Below are positions 11,483-19,468 of a stretch of 64,000 bases of DNA, in pieces. Under the pieces are notes generated by a model. The model ran no database searches. It was given only the letters and a program-made list of their open reading frames with translations, and had not been told where the DNA came from. Positions within the stretch are counted from its first letter, which is position 1. The number at the start of each line of letters is the position of its first letter. The position numbers and the translations under genes were made by a program. The DNA is from an uncultured Spirochaetota bacterium (GTDB lineage: Bacteria; Spirochaetota; Spirochaetia; SZUA-6; Fen-1364): NCBI GenBank assembly GCA_963820525.1, contig CAWGAA010000001.1, forward strand, positions 2,767,465-2,831,464. Direction: 5' to 3'.

Positions 11483-12145
11483 TCAAGCGGTGGGCGCGGC
11501 ACGCCCGGCGGTATCCGCAGTGACCACGGAACGATGAGCGTCGATCCATATTCCGAACGGGAGCAGTAAAAGCGTCGCGAAGCACATCAGGATTGAAAGC
11601 TGCGGCGGCAAGAGAGCGGACAGCGGAAAGAGGGCGAGGAAAGCCACCATGAGCCAGAATGACAGCACGCCGGTACGGTCCTTGGCCTTTGTTCCAAGCA
11701 GGTAGATCACGATTCCCGCGCCAAGCATGCCGAACTCCGTTATCAGCGCCGCTGCCATCGAGTTGTACAAGCCCAGGCCGACTTTCGGGGATCCATCGAA
11801 GAGAAGAGGCAGGTCCGGGGGAGCAGGATGTCCCATTCCCATTGGATGCGAAATGAAGTCCAGCACCCAGTGGCTGAAAACGAGGAGCCCGATCACGATG
11901 CTGGTTCGAGCGTCGCGAGAGAACGCGAAGGCGACTGCAAAACCCGCGATCGACCAGACAACGGACATGAAAAGCCCGTGGGACCACGGGAAAGATGCGT
12001 CCGGACCTCCATGCTCGATGCCAATGACCGCGAACAGGCCGGCCAGCGTATCTATTGCCGTTACGGCAACCAACAGGAAACCCAGAGACGCTTTCGGCGC
12101 GGCGCGCTTGGCGGCGAGCCCGACTCCAATGTGTCCGAAAAACAT
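11483..12145 (-). CDS. Membrane-bound metal-dependent hydrolase (YdjM/DUF457-like)
   Basis: ATG at 12145 (MFFGHIGVGL). Multi-pass hydrophobic protein with His-rich SHWVLDFISHPMGMGH. The family assignment is from memory of the YdjM motif. Confidence 0.6.
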   Translation of the reverse strand: MFFGHIGVGLAAKRAAPKASLGFLLVAVTAIDTLAGLFAVIGIEHGGPDASFPWSHGLFMSVVWSIAGFAVAFAFSRDARTSIVIGLLVFSHWVLDFISHPMGMGHPAPPDLPLLFDGSPKVGLGLYNSMAAALITEFGMLGAGIVIYLLGTKAKDRTGVLSFWLMVAFLALFPLSALLPPQLSILMCFATLLLLPFGIWIDAHRSVVTADTAGRAAPTA

Positions 12146-12255
12146 AGAATCTCCTTTATGTATCCGTCGAATGCCAGCATAGCGCGCGTGGGCTCGCTTC
12201 TCAAGATGCGGCCCTTCCCATTTTCCCTGTTTCTTGCCAGTATACGCGGCCATAG

Positions 12256-13662
12256 ATGCCGCCCATGAGCACGGATCAAACCCGCATCCCGCTCGTACAC
12301 CTTGCCTGGCCCATTCTCGTTGAAAACATGCTGCGCACGTCGCTCATGAGCATCGACACCTTCATGCTCAGCCGATACTCCCTCGATGCCGTGGCCGCCA
12401 TGAGCCTGGTCAACCAGTTCGCGTTCTTCATCCAGCTTCTCTACATGATGGTGGCTTTCGGCGCAAGCATCCTGATCTCGCAGAATCTTGGCGCCGGAAA
12501 GCGACGGGAAGCCGGGCTGGTGGGCGTTGCGAGCATCACCCTGATCGTCGGGTTTTCCCTGGCCCTTTCCGTGACGCTCGCGCTGATCACCAGGCCCATC
12601 CTCGGGCTCTACAAGCTCGACCCCTTGGTCTCTACATATGCCGGACAGTTCCTCCTCATCTATGGAGGTCTCTCCTTCTTCATGGCGCTCAACATCATCC
12701 AGGCGAGCATCCTGAGGGCATGGGGGTATCCCCGCCCTCCCATGTACGTCAATATCTTCGCGCTCATCCTGACCATGGCGGGCAACGCCTTCAGCCTCTT
12801 CGGCCTCTGGGGTTTTCCCATCCTGGGCGTCATTGGGGTGGCATCGTCGACCGTGTTGAGCCAATTCATCGCCTGCATTCTCTTTTTCATCATCATGCGA
12901 AGGAAAAAGGAAATCGAGCTGCCCCTTCGCTCCCTTACCCGGATCCCGAGATCCGTGTACAGATCGATTCTCGGGGTCGGGGTTCCAACAGCGGGGGAAA
13001 GCCTCTCCTATAACGTCTCTCAGATCGTGAACATGTCCATGGTGGCCGGCATGGGCACGCAGGCGTTGGCGGCGTACGGAATCCTCATCGCCCTGATCCG
13101 CTACACTCTCATGCCGGCGCTCTCCATCGGCACCGGCGTCCAGATCAAGGTCGGGTACTTCGTCGGGTCGGGAAAGCACGACGAGGCGAAAAGGAATGTG
13201 TACCGATATTTCGCGATGGGCTTTCTTGTTTCCATTCTTGCCGTCGGAATCCTCAACATCGTGAAGCGCCCTCTCCTCGGGCTTTTCTCGGAGGACGAAG
13301 AGCTGATAGCCCTGGCGGCGACGGTTCTCCTCGTTTCCCTGGTCCATGAGCCGGGCCGAAGCTTCAATACGATCATCATTCCCGCCTTGAAAGGCGCGGG
13401 CGATGTCAAGTTTCCCGTCTACGCGGGAATCATTTCAAATTGGGGCATCAGCGTGTTCGGCTGCTGGCTTCTCGGCGTGCGGCTGGGGCTCGGGCTTGTC
13501 GGGGTCTGGATTGCCATGGCTTCGGACGAATGGGCGCGGGGAATCGTGATGCTTCTGCGCTGGCGGTCGGGCATCTGGAAACACAAGAACCTTATTACAC
13601 CGGCCGGCCAAGATCCTTCCGTGCCGCTTCTCCCTTTGGCGGAAGTGGAACGGGGAGACTGA
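12256..13662 (+). CDS. MATE-family efflux transporter
   Basis: 468 aa with ~12 predicted TM segments. N-terminal LAWPILVENMLRTSLMSIDTFMLSRYS is typical of MATE/NorM proteins. Confidence 0.85.
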   Translation: MPPMSTDQTRIPLVHLAWPILVENMLRTSLMSIDTFMLSRYSLDAVAAMSLVNQFAFFIQLLYMMVAFGASILISQNLGAGKRREAGLVGVASITLIVGFSLALSVTLALITRPILGLYKLDPLVSTYAGQFLLIYGGLSFFMALNIIQASILRAWGYPRPPMYVNIFALILTMAGNAFSLFGLWGFPILGVIGVASSTVLSQFIACILFFIIMRRKKEIELPLRSLTRIPRSVYRSILGVGVPTAGESLSYNVSQIVNMSMVAGMGTQALAAYGILIALIRYTLMPALSIGTGVQIKVGYFVGSGKHDEAKRNVYRYFAMGFLVSILAVGILNIVKRPLLGLFSEDEELIALAATVLLVSLVHEPGRSFNTIIIPALKGAGDVKFPVYAGIISNWGISVFGCWLLGVRLGLGLVGVWIAMASDEWARGIVMLLRWRSGIWKHKNLITPAGQDPSVPLLPLAEVERGD

Positions 13663-13793
13663 GTCCTCAGCTCCCAGCGCGGCGGCGGATAGAAAAAAAC
13701 GTTTGGGCGATGGCCCTGGCAGCCCACGGCGGGGTTATAGTGACATATTTCTGAAAAAGGAGCGCTTCAGGGCCGAGCGCGTGGAGGATGAAA

Positions 13794-14612
13794 ATGAACA
13801 TGTTTGCAGAGAAAGTCGCCATAGTGACGGGCGGTGCTTCAGGTATTGGAAAAGCCGTCTGTGTAAATCTGGCCCGACATGGCGCCCGTGTGATCATCGC
13901 GGATCGTGATCTGCCCGGGGCGCAAGAGACTGAGTCATTCATCACGTCGAATGGCGGCGCCGCTAAAGCGATGTGCGTGGATGTATCCAATCCTCACGAT
14001 GTGGAATCTCTCATTGAAAATGCCGTGAGAGACCATGGCCGGATCGACTTTCTCTTCAATAATGCGGGCATCTCGATAAATGGAGAATTCCAGGATCTCG
14101 AATTGGAGCATTGGAAACGCGTGTTGGACGTCAATCTGTGGGGCGTGGTTTATGGATGCCATTACGCGTATCCCATCATGAAAAGGCAGGGATTCGGTCA
14201 CATTATCAATACGGCATCCCTGGCCGGTCTGATACCGCAAGGGCTGGGTACTATTTATTCCGCCAGCAAACATGCCGTGGTTGGTTTTTCATTGGCTTTG
14301 CGGGGAGAAGCGAAGCAGTACGGCATAAAAGTCAGCGCGCTGTGCCCGGGGTACATCAGGACGAACATCCAAAAGACGTCTTTGATGGTTTCCGACTATA
14401 TGAACTCGGAAAAAAACAAGCAAATGGAAGCCGGAATGAAATTCCTCACTCCCGAGGATTGCATCGATCAAATGATGCGCGGGGTGAAGCGGAACAAGGG
14501 AATAATCGTTTCGCCGGGAAGATTCAAAGCGTTCTGGTGGCTGCAGAGATTGTTTCCCGGGTTCATGCCGGCAATGTGGGACAGAATAATCAAGCACATG
14601 AAGAGGGCGTAG
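13794..14612 (+). CDS. Short-chain dehydrogenase/reductase (SDR)
   Basis: TGGASGIGKA cofactor motif and catalytic YSASKHAV (YxxxK). Track start 13788 abuts the GGAGG SD, so the ATG at 13794 is preferred. Confidence 0.85.
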   Translation: MNMFAEKVAIVTGGASGIGKAVCVNLARHGARVIIADRDLPGAQETESFITSNGGAAKAMCVDVSNPHDVESLIENAVRDHGRIDFLFNNAGISINGEFQDLELEHWKRVLDVNLWGVVYGCHYAYPIMKRQGFGHIINTASLAGLIPQGLGTIYSASKHAVVGFSLALRGEAKQYGIKVSALCPGYIRTNIQKTSLMVSDYMNSEKNKQMEAGMKFLTPEDCIDQMMRGVKRNKGIIVSPGRFKAFWWLQRLFPGFMPAMWDRIIKHMKRA

Positions 14613-14615
14613 AGA

Positions 14616-15443
14616 ATGGCTTCGACGGGTCATGACGATGGAATCGGGAAATTCAGAATAATAAAGCCGTCCTTTCTCAGGCGTCTCATGATAGAAGGCC
14701 TCGATGCCATACCTCCCGGCCATACAATGATGGCGCTGCTGGAGCTCGACGTTACGAAAGCGCGAAAAGCTCTCCGCGGACTAAGGGCAAACGGCAGGAA
14801 GGTATCTCTGTTCGCCTTCGTCATCAAGGCCATCGCCACGGCCGTTTCCGAGAACAAGGAGCTGAACTCGATCCGTGGCGCCAAAGGCATCGTCGAGTTT
14901 GAAGATATAGACGTCAATGTGCCCATGGAGCTGAATTCCGCAGGGGAGAAATTCCCCCGCCAGCTCGTCATCCGAAAAGCTCATGAAAAAAGCGTGGAAC
15001 GGATTTGCCAGGAGGTGAACGAGGCAAGAGAGCAATTCACAATGGCCGGCCATGCCGGGCAGGAAGACAAATGGGCTTTGAATCTTATGAGGAGGCTGTT
15101 TCTTGTGCCGAAGCTTTTACGGCGTTTGATTCTGAGAGCCCTCTACATGAATCCGTTCACCGTAAAAAGAATGGCCGGCACGATCTTCGTTTCTTCCGTG
15201 GGCACTTTCACAAAGACACCCGGTTTCGTGGTGCCCTACATGGGCGGACCCCGCGCCGTGTCTTTCATCCTGGGAAGCGTTGTCAACAAGCCCGTCATCG
15301 TGGGCGGGGAGAGTCAGGCAAGAGAGATGTTGTCCATGACCATCGTATTCAATCACGACATAGTGGATGGCGCGCCGGCTGCCCGCTTTGTAAATCGTTT
15401 GAGAAGGATCATAGAAGGCGTCCAACCCGTCACGTCCGGATAA
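14616..15443 (+). CDS. 2-oxoacid dehydrogenase E2-type acyltransferase catalytic-domain protein (no lipoyl domain)
   Basis: 275 aa. C-terminal FNHDIVDGAPAARF matches the H-x-x-x-DG catalytic motif of E2/CAT-fold acyltransferases. Confidence 0.7.
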   Translation: MASTGHDDGIGKFRIIKPSFLRRLMIEGLDAIPPGHTMMALLELDVTKARKALRGLRANGRKVSLFAFVIKAIATAVSENKELNSIRGAKGIVEFEDIDVNVPMELNSAGEKFPRQLVIRKAHEKSVERICQEVNEAREQFTMAGHAGQEDKWALNLMRRLFLVPKLLRRLILRALYMNPFTVKRMAGTIFVSSVGTFTKTPGFVVPYMGGPRAVSFILGSVVNKPVIVGGESQAREMLSMTIVFNHDIVDGAPAARFVNRLRRIIEGVQPVTSG

Positions 15444-15464
15444 AGCAGGCAGCCTTCGCGGGCC

Positions 15465-15668
15465 TCAGGCCGTCGGGGGGACTTGAGCCTTCCTGCGCTC
15501 AGCGGCACAAGGCGCATTCTTTGTGGTGTATTCACCCAGCTTCCGGCACCAAACCGCGGCAAAGGTCCGGCAGGGCCCTGCGCCGTCAACGTCCGTGTCT
15601 TTGGGGAAATCTGCGCTTGGGCAGTCGAAATCGCAGAACCTGGTCTTTGAAGATTCCTCCGCGCTCAT
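15465..15668 (-). CDS. Small Cys-rich hypothetical protein
   Basis: Track ORF starts at TTG (15710). The ATG at 15668 gives MSAEESSKTRFCDFDCPSADFPKD...PCRTFAAVWCRKLGEYTTKNAPC with 6 Cys. No clear SD; gene status uncertain. Confidence 0.35.
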   Translation of the reverse strand: MSAEESSKTRFCDFDCPSADFPKDTDVDGAGPCRTFAAVWCRKLGEYTTKNAPCAAERRKAQVPPTA

Positions 15669-15759
15669 CCCAAAGAGAATACCGCCGCCTGTCGGCGCGG
15701 CGCCCGGCAAGCGGCGGAGGGAGACATTGCTCCTTTGCTTCAGCAGCGGCGGAGCCGCC

Positions 15760-16266
15760 TCATGATGCTCTCAGGCTCTCGGCCAGGCGATCCAGCATTT
15801 CCATCCAGCCCTGCCGGGTCCCATCACGCTCCTTGACGGCTTTCGGGAAGGAATGCCGCAGGGTGAGCCTTGTCTTTCCCTCATGCTCTGCGAACGTCAC
15901 GGTGACAAGCGTCTCCGCGGGATGATCCGGGCTCATGCCGTAGAGGGTCGGCGATACGGGGTTTCCTTGCGGGTCTGCAAAAGCGTCTGTGTAGACGATT
16001 TTTTCATTGGGAACGATCTCACGATAGATTCCGATTCCCCAGACGCCCTTGCCTTCGGGGGGCTGCATGCAATAATGGAAGGCCCCGCCTGGCCGGAGAT
16101 CCACTTTGCAGGAGGGCGTTGTCCAATCCTTCGGGGCCCACCAGCGCACCAGGTGCTTCGGGTCTGTCCATGCCTTGAAGACCAGCTCCCGAGGAGCGTC
16201 CAAGACACGGGTGATAATGATATCGCTATCGGCCTTGGCCGACGCGTCCTTAGTTCTTTGTTCCAT
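15760..16266 (-). CDS. SRPBCC/Aha1-domain protein
   Basis: ATG at 16266 (MEQRTKD). ITRVLDAPRELVFKAWTDPKHLVRWW is typical of AHSA1/SRPBCC proteins. Lies downstream of ArsR with a 17-nt overlap. Confidence 0.8.
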   Translation of the reverse strand: MEQRTKDASAKADSDIIITRVLDAPRELVFKAWTDPKHLVRWWAPKDWTTPSCKVDLRPGGAFHYCMQPPEGKGVWGIGIYREIVPNEKIVYTDAFADPQGNPVSPTLYGMSPDHPAETLVTVTFAEHEGKTRLTLRHSFPKAVKERDGTRQGWMEMLDRLAESLRAS

Positions 16267-16612
16267 GCTTCTTCTCCTTCTGCAGCTCATGCAGATATTC
16301 ATCCAGACGATCGAGGCTTTTCTCCCAGAGTGTGCGATAACGCTCTATCCATTCGTCAGCATCCTTGAGAGGCTGCGCCTCCAGCCTGCACGGCCGCCAT
16401 TGCGCCTCCCGCCGGCGGGAGATCAGGCCGGCCTTTTCCAGCACCTTGAGGTGCTTGGTAATGGCGGGCAGGGTCATTGTAAAAGGCTGGGCAAGCTTCT
16501 TTACGGAAGCTTCTCCAGAGCTTAAGGAGGCGAGGATCCTGCGGCGCGTGGGATCCGCCAACGCGGCGAATGTGAGGCTGAGGCGATCCGGCTTTGTGTT
16601 TTTTTTTACCAT
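16250..16612 (-). CDS. ArsR/SmtB-family winged-helix transcriptional regulator
   Basis: 120 aa. FAALADPTRRRILASL...LAQPFTMTLPAITKHLKVLEKAGLI. Confidence 0.88.
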   Translation of the reverse strand: MVKKNTKPDRLSLTFAALADPTRRRILASLSSGEASVKKLAQPFTMTLPAITKHLKVLEKAGLISRRREAQWRPCRLEAQPLKDADEWIERYRTLWEKSLDRLDEYLHELQKEKKHGTKN

Positions 16613-16686
16613 AAGGTTAATTCACCTAATGGTAAAATAAGAATCTCGAGATGGAAGCGTCAAGAAAAAAACTTGCTTTACGCGGG

Positions 16687-16893
16687 TCAGCCGACCCTCT
16701 CGAATCGGATGGGCAAGAGCTGAGTCAAGTCGAGGTTTTTGGAGGCGTTCATGATTTCGATCCCAACGATCTTTTCTCCCTCCCCCACATCCAGGACAAT
16801 GTCATCCGACACGCGCCGGTTCACGACCTGTTGTGAGCGAGGATCTATGCGCAGGTACAGTAAATCCGCCCTCTCGTCATATTCGATCTTCAT
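16687..16893 (-). CDS. DUF2283-family small protein
   Basis: ATG at 16893. MKIEYDERADLLYLRI...IVLDVGEGEKIVGIEIMNASK matches my recollection of the DUF2283 pattern. Confidence 0.65.
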   Translation of the reverse strand: MKIEYDERADLLYLRIDPRSQQVVNRRVSDDIVLDVGEGEKIVGIEIMNASKNLDLTQLLPIRFERVG

Positions 16894-17019
16894 ATCAGGT
16901 CTCCCACGTCCCATAGAAAACATACACTGTAACTACTATTATGGCATCCCCTTAAGACACAATCCACACCAACTCCGCGACATTGTCGCCGCCTGCCGTT
17001 TCTTCGTACCTTTCAGCCT

Positions 17020-17355
17020 ATGAAAAGCGCAATCGAATGGTTCGACATACCGTCTTCAAACTTTGAACGGGCCCTGAAGTTCTGCTCTGATATCCTTGGC
17101 GAGCCGCTGAAGATCAATGAGTACGAGGGGCAGAAGCTGGCCTTTTTCCCCATGGACCCGAAGGGTGACGTGGGTGGAGACCTTGTTCCCCCCAGCCCCG
17201 AGTTTGTGCCCTCCAACAAGGGAAGCCGCGTATATCTGAATTGCGATGGCAAGCTGGATGAGGTGCTTAGCAGAGTGACACGGGCTGGCGGCAAGATTGT
17301 CAGGCCCAAGTTCTCCATCCCCGATGCCGACATCGCGATTATCGAGGATACATAG
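17020..17355 (+). CDS. VOC (glyoxalase/bleomycin-resistance fold) protein, C-terminus cut by an in-frame TAG
   Basis: 111 aa. The frame continues after TAG 17353..17355 as GNYVGLSSLKAK to TAG 17392..17394. The expected VOC C-terminal strand (E-G-N-x-V-G-L) is therefore split off. Confidence 0.75.
   Translation: MKSAIEWFDIPSSNFERALKFCSDILGEPLKINEYEGQKLAFFPMDPKGDVGGDLVPPSPEFVPSNKGSRVYLNCDGKLDEVLSRVTRAGGKIVRPKFSIPDADIAIIEDT
17161..17239 (+). repeat. 79-bp direct repeat, copy 1 (inside VOC gene)
   Basis: aagggtgacgtgggtggagacc...gcgtatatctga. 76 of 79 nt identical to 19346..19424. Confidence 0.9.
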
Positions 17356-17480
17356 GGCAACTACGTCGGGCTGTCGAGCTTGAAAGCAAAATAGGGCGAA
17401 AGATCACAGAACCAGCGCGTGGGCGATACTACTCCGCGAAGATTTCTGTGTGGGCAGCAGGCCATACTTTTGCGAGCTCC

Positions 17481-18239
17481 TTAACCAGCGCCATAGATAC
17501 TCCCGAGCTGCTCCAGCACCTCGTCCAGTGAGCTTTGGATAATGCCCATGCTTTTCAGGTCGATCGGCTCGCTTCGTACTTCACTGAGAAACCTACGCAT
17601 GTCGGCCCGGATATTCGGGGGAACGTCCGCGCGAGGGGCGGGATCGATAATTCGGTAGAGCCGGAACACATCATTGCGATGCTTGCTGATGTCGCTGCTG
17701 TGAATCTTGTGGCCGGCCTCCCTGCGCTCTCTGAGGTCGAGCCAGGCACGAGCTTTCAAAGGAACCAGGTGCTCGGGCCCAACCACGGAAACGCCTTCAA
17801 CGATCCGAATGCCGTCCTTGAGAAAAGCGTAGTACTCGTCTTGGAGAAGAATCGCGGACAGGCTTGATATCCCGTCACCGAAGGGAATTGGGGTGAGATG
17901 TACGCCGTGTGCCGGTTCAAGTCGATCTGGCCGGATGGAGAGTATCTCCAGCATGCTCGGAAACCCCGGCACCTGCGGCGAGACAAATCGATAATACGTG
18001 GGTCTGCCCTCGCCTGACTGCGCCACGCTGTACTGTCCTGCCCGGATGAAGTTCCAGAAGGACCTTGCGAACCCGGAGTCGAGCGCCTCAGCTATCAGCA
18101 CGATGTCCAGGTCCCTGGTTGCTCGAAACGCCAACCCCACCTGCTCCATTAGGAGGTCACAGGCGGAGCCGCCGATCAGTGCGTACTGGTGAGTCCGCTC
18201 CCTGAAGTGGTCCCGAAACAGTTCCAAGCCGGCTACCAC
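17481..18239 (-). CDS. Nucleotidyltransferase-fold protein (AbiEii-like toxin candidate)
   Basis: 252 aa. Pol-beta NTase motif IGGSACDLLMEQVGLAFRATRDLDIV (G-S...D-x-D). GTG start overlaps the upstream gene by 7 nt. Confidence 0.65.
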   Translation of the reverse strand: MVAGLELFRDHFRERTHQYALIGGSACDLLMEQVGLAFRATRDLDIVLIAEALDSGFARSFWNFIRAGQYSVAQSGEGRPTYYRFVSPQVPGFPSMLEILSIRPDRLEPAHGVHLTPIPFGDGISSLSAILLQDEYYAFLKDGIRIVEGVSVVGPEHLVPLKARAWLDLRERREAGHKIHSSDISKHRNDVFRLYRIIDPAPRADVPPNIRADMRRFLSEVRSEPIDLKSMGIIQSSLDEVLEQLGSIYGAG

Positions 18240-19240
18240 TTCATTCCCTCCAGCAGTTCGTCAAGCGCCGATTCCACGCGCTCGTCAGAGGTACCGTTCA
18301 AGGACAGGAAGAGTGAGAGCCGATCCACAACCGGGCCGTCGGCAACCGCTCCTGGAGGATAGGCCCACACCTCCACCTCGACCCCGTGCCGTTCCACGGC
18401 GTCCGCGCCCACAACGGGAAACCTGGCCCGAAGAGCAGGCCAGGCGCCGCTCGACACGGCCACCACGGGGGTCGATGGTCCCGAAAGGTTGGTGTAGGCA
18501 GCAAGGGCGGTAAGTCCTGCCGTGTGCGCGCCCAGATCCTTCCTGGACGCCGCCACTGCGACGCGTCGCAAGACCGGGCTTCGGAGCAGCGGTCGCGCCT
18601 TCTCCCACAGGTCGCGGCGCGATCCGGCCAGCTCCATGAGTCGTCGCCTTCCCGCGCTGTAGTGGCGGCCAAGCCCGGCGCTCTCAAGCTCGTCGAAAAC
18701 CCGGGACAGGGTCATATTGCTATAGCCAAGGGCGGCAGCCATTTCCTGCGGCGAGAATGTGTCCCGTTCCCTGCACTGAAGAGCATAGAGGAAGGCTGCC
18801 TGCGTGGCAGGGCTCAACCTTTCCGGCGCCCCCCTGACGTTCCTGAAGTGCTCGCGCAGGTCGATGCCGAGCATGGGCAGGTAGACCTGGTTCCCCGGAA
18901 CGACAAAGGCAACTCTCTGGTCGATAAGCTGCTTGCGCCGGGCGCTGTCGATTCCCGAGGCAACGTAGACCACCTCTCCTTCCCACCGCTTGCCGACCTC
19001 GAACATGTGCTTCCTGATTGCCGCAGGCGTATTCGGCTGGACGCCCCGATCCATCATGAAAAGGCAAGGCGCCCGCAGAACCCTCGCGGACAGGAACGCA
19101 TATGCCTCCCGCAGGTACGCAGGAAGAGAACCTTCGCCCGACCATGGGCGCGTGTCTATTCCTATAGAAAGGACTTCACGCAAATGCCGCTTGAGCCGCT
19201 CTTGGAGATCGTTCTGGACTATAGATTTCATAACTTTCAT
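18233..19240 (-). CDS. wHTH-containing partner protein (AbiEi-like antitoxin/regulator candidate)
   Basis: Track ORF begins at TTG 19273; ATGs at 19240 and 19231 are alternatives. Central HTH FSPQEMAAALGYSNMTLSRVFDELESAGL. Start uncertain. Confidence 0.55.
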   Translation of the reverse strand: MKVMKSIVQNDLQERLKRHLREVLSIGIDTRPWSGEGSLPAYLREAYAFLSARVLRAPCLFMMDRGVQPNTPAAIRKHMFEVGKRWEGEVVYVASGIDSARRKQLIDQRVAFVVPGNQVYLPMLGIDLREHFRNVRGAPERLSPATQAAFLYALQCRERDTFSPQEMAAALGYSNMTLSRVFDELESAGLGRHYSAGRRRLMELAGSRRDLWEKARPLLRSPVLRRVAVAASRKDLGAHTAGLTALAAYTNLSGPSTPVVAVSSGAWPALRARFPVVGADAVERHGVEVEVWAYPPGAVADGPVVDRLSLFLSLNGTSDERVESALDELLEGMKW

Positions 19241-19327
19241 CTGTACGATAACACTATCGGCGTTATCGTTCAAGATGCTGTTACTTTTTTCGGGCGGATA
19301 GTTTCCGCGCGGGCTTCAGATGGTAGT

Positions 19328-19468
19328 CGTTCAGGCGTTCACACTAAGGGTGACGTGGGCGGAGACCTTGTTCCCTCCAGCCCCGAGTTTGTGCCCTCCA
19401 ACAAGGGAAGCCGCGTGTATCTGAGAGGTCGAAAGATCGCCCGGCCGCGCTATCAGCCGATTGTGTAG
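19328..19468 (+). pseudogene. VOC-family gene remnant (N-terminus missing, internal deletion)
   Basis: Reads RSGVHTKGDVGGDLVPSSPEFVPSNKGSRVYLRGRKIARPRYQPIV*. It parallels DPKGDVGGDLVPPSPEFVPSNKGSRVYLNCDGKL...GGKIVRPKF of 17020..17355. About 17 codons are missing. Confidence 0.7.
19346..19424 (+). repeat. 79-bp direct repeat, copy 2
   Basis: 3 mismatches versus 17161..17239. Confidence 0.9.

Noticed and set aside
12061-13347. 428-aa minus-strand ORF
   Set aside because: Antisense to the MATE transporter gene. Charged low-complexity translation with no motif.
18386-19468. 360-aa + strand ORF
   Set aside because: Antisense to the wHTH gene for most of its length. Only its last ~45 codons are meaningful, and those are the VOC remnant annotated separately.
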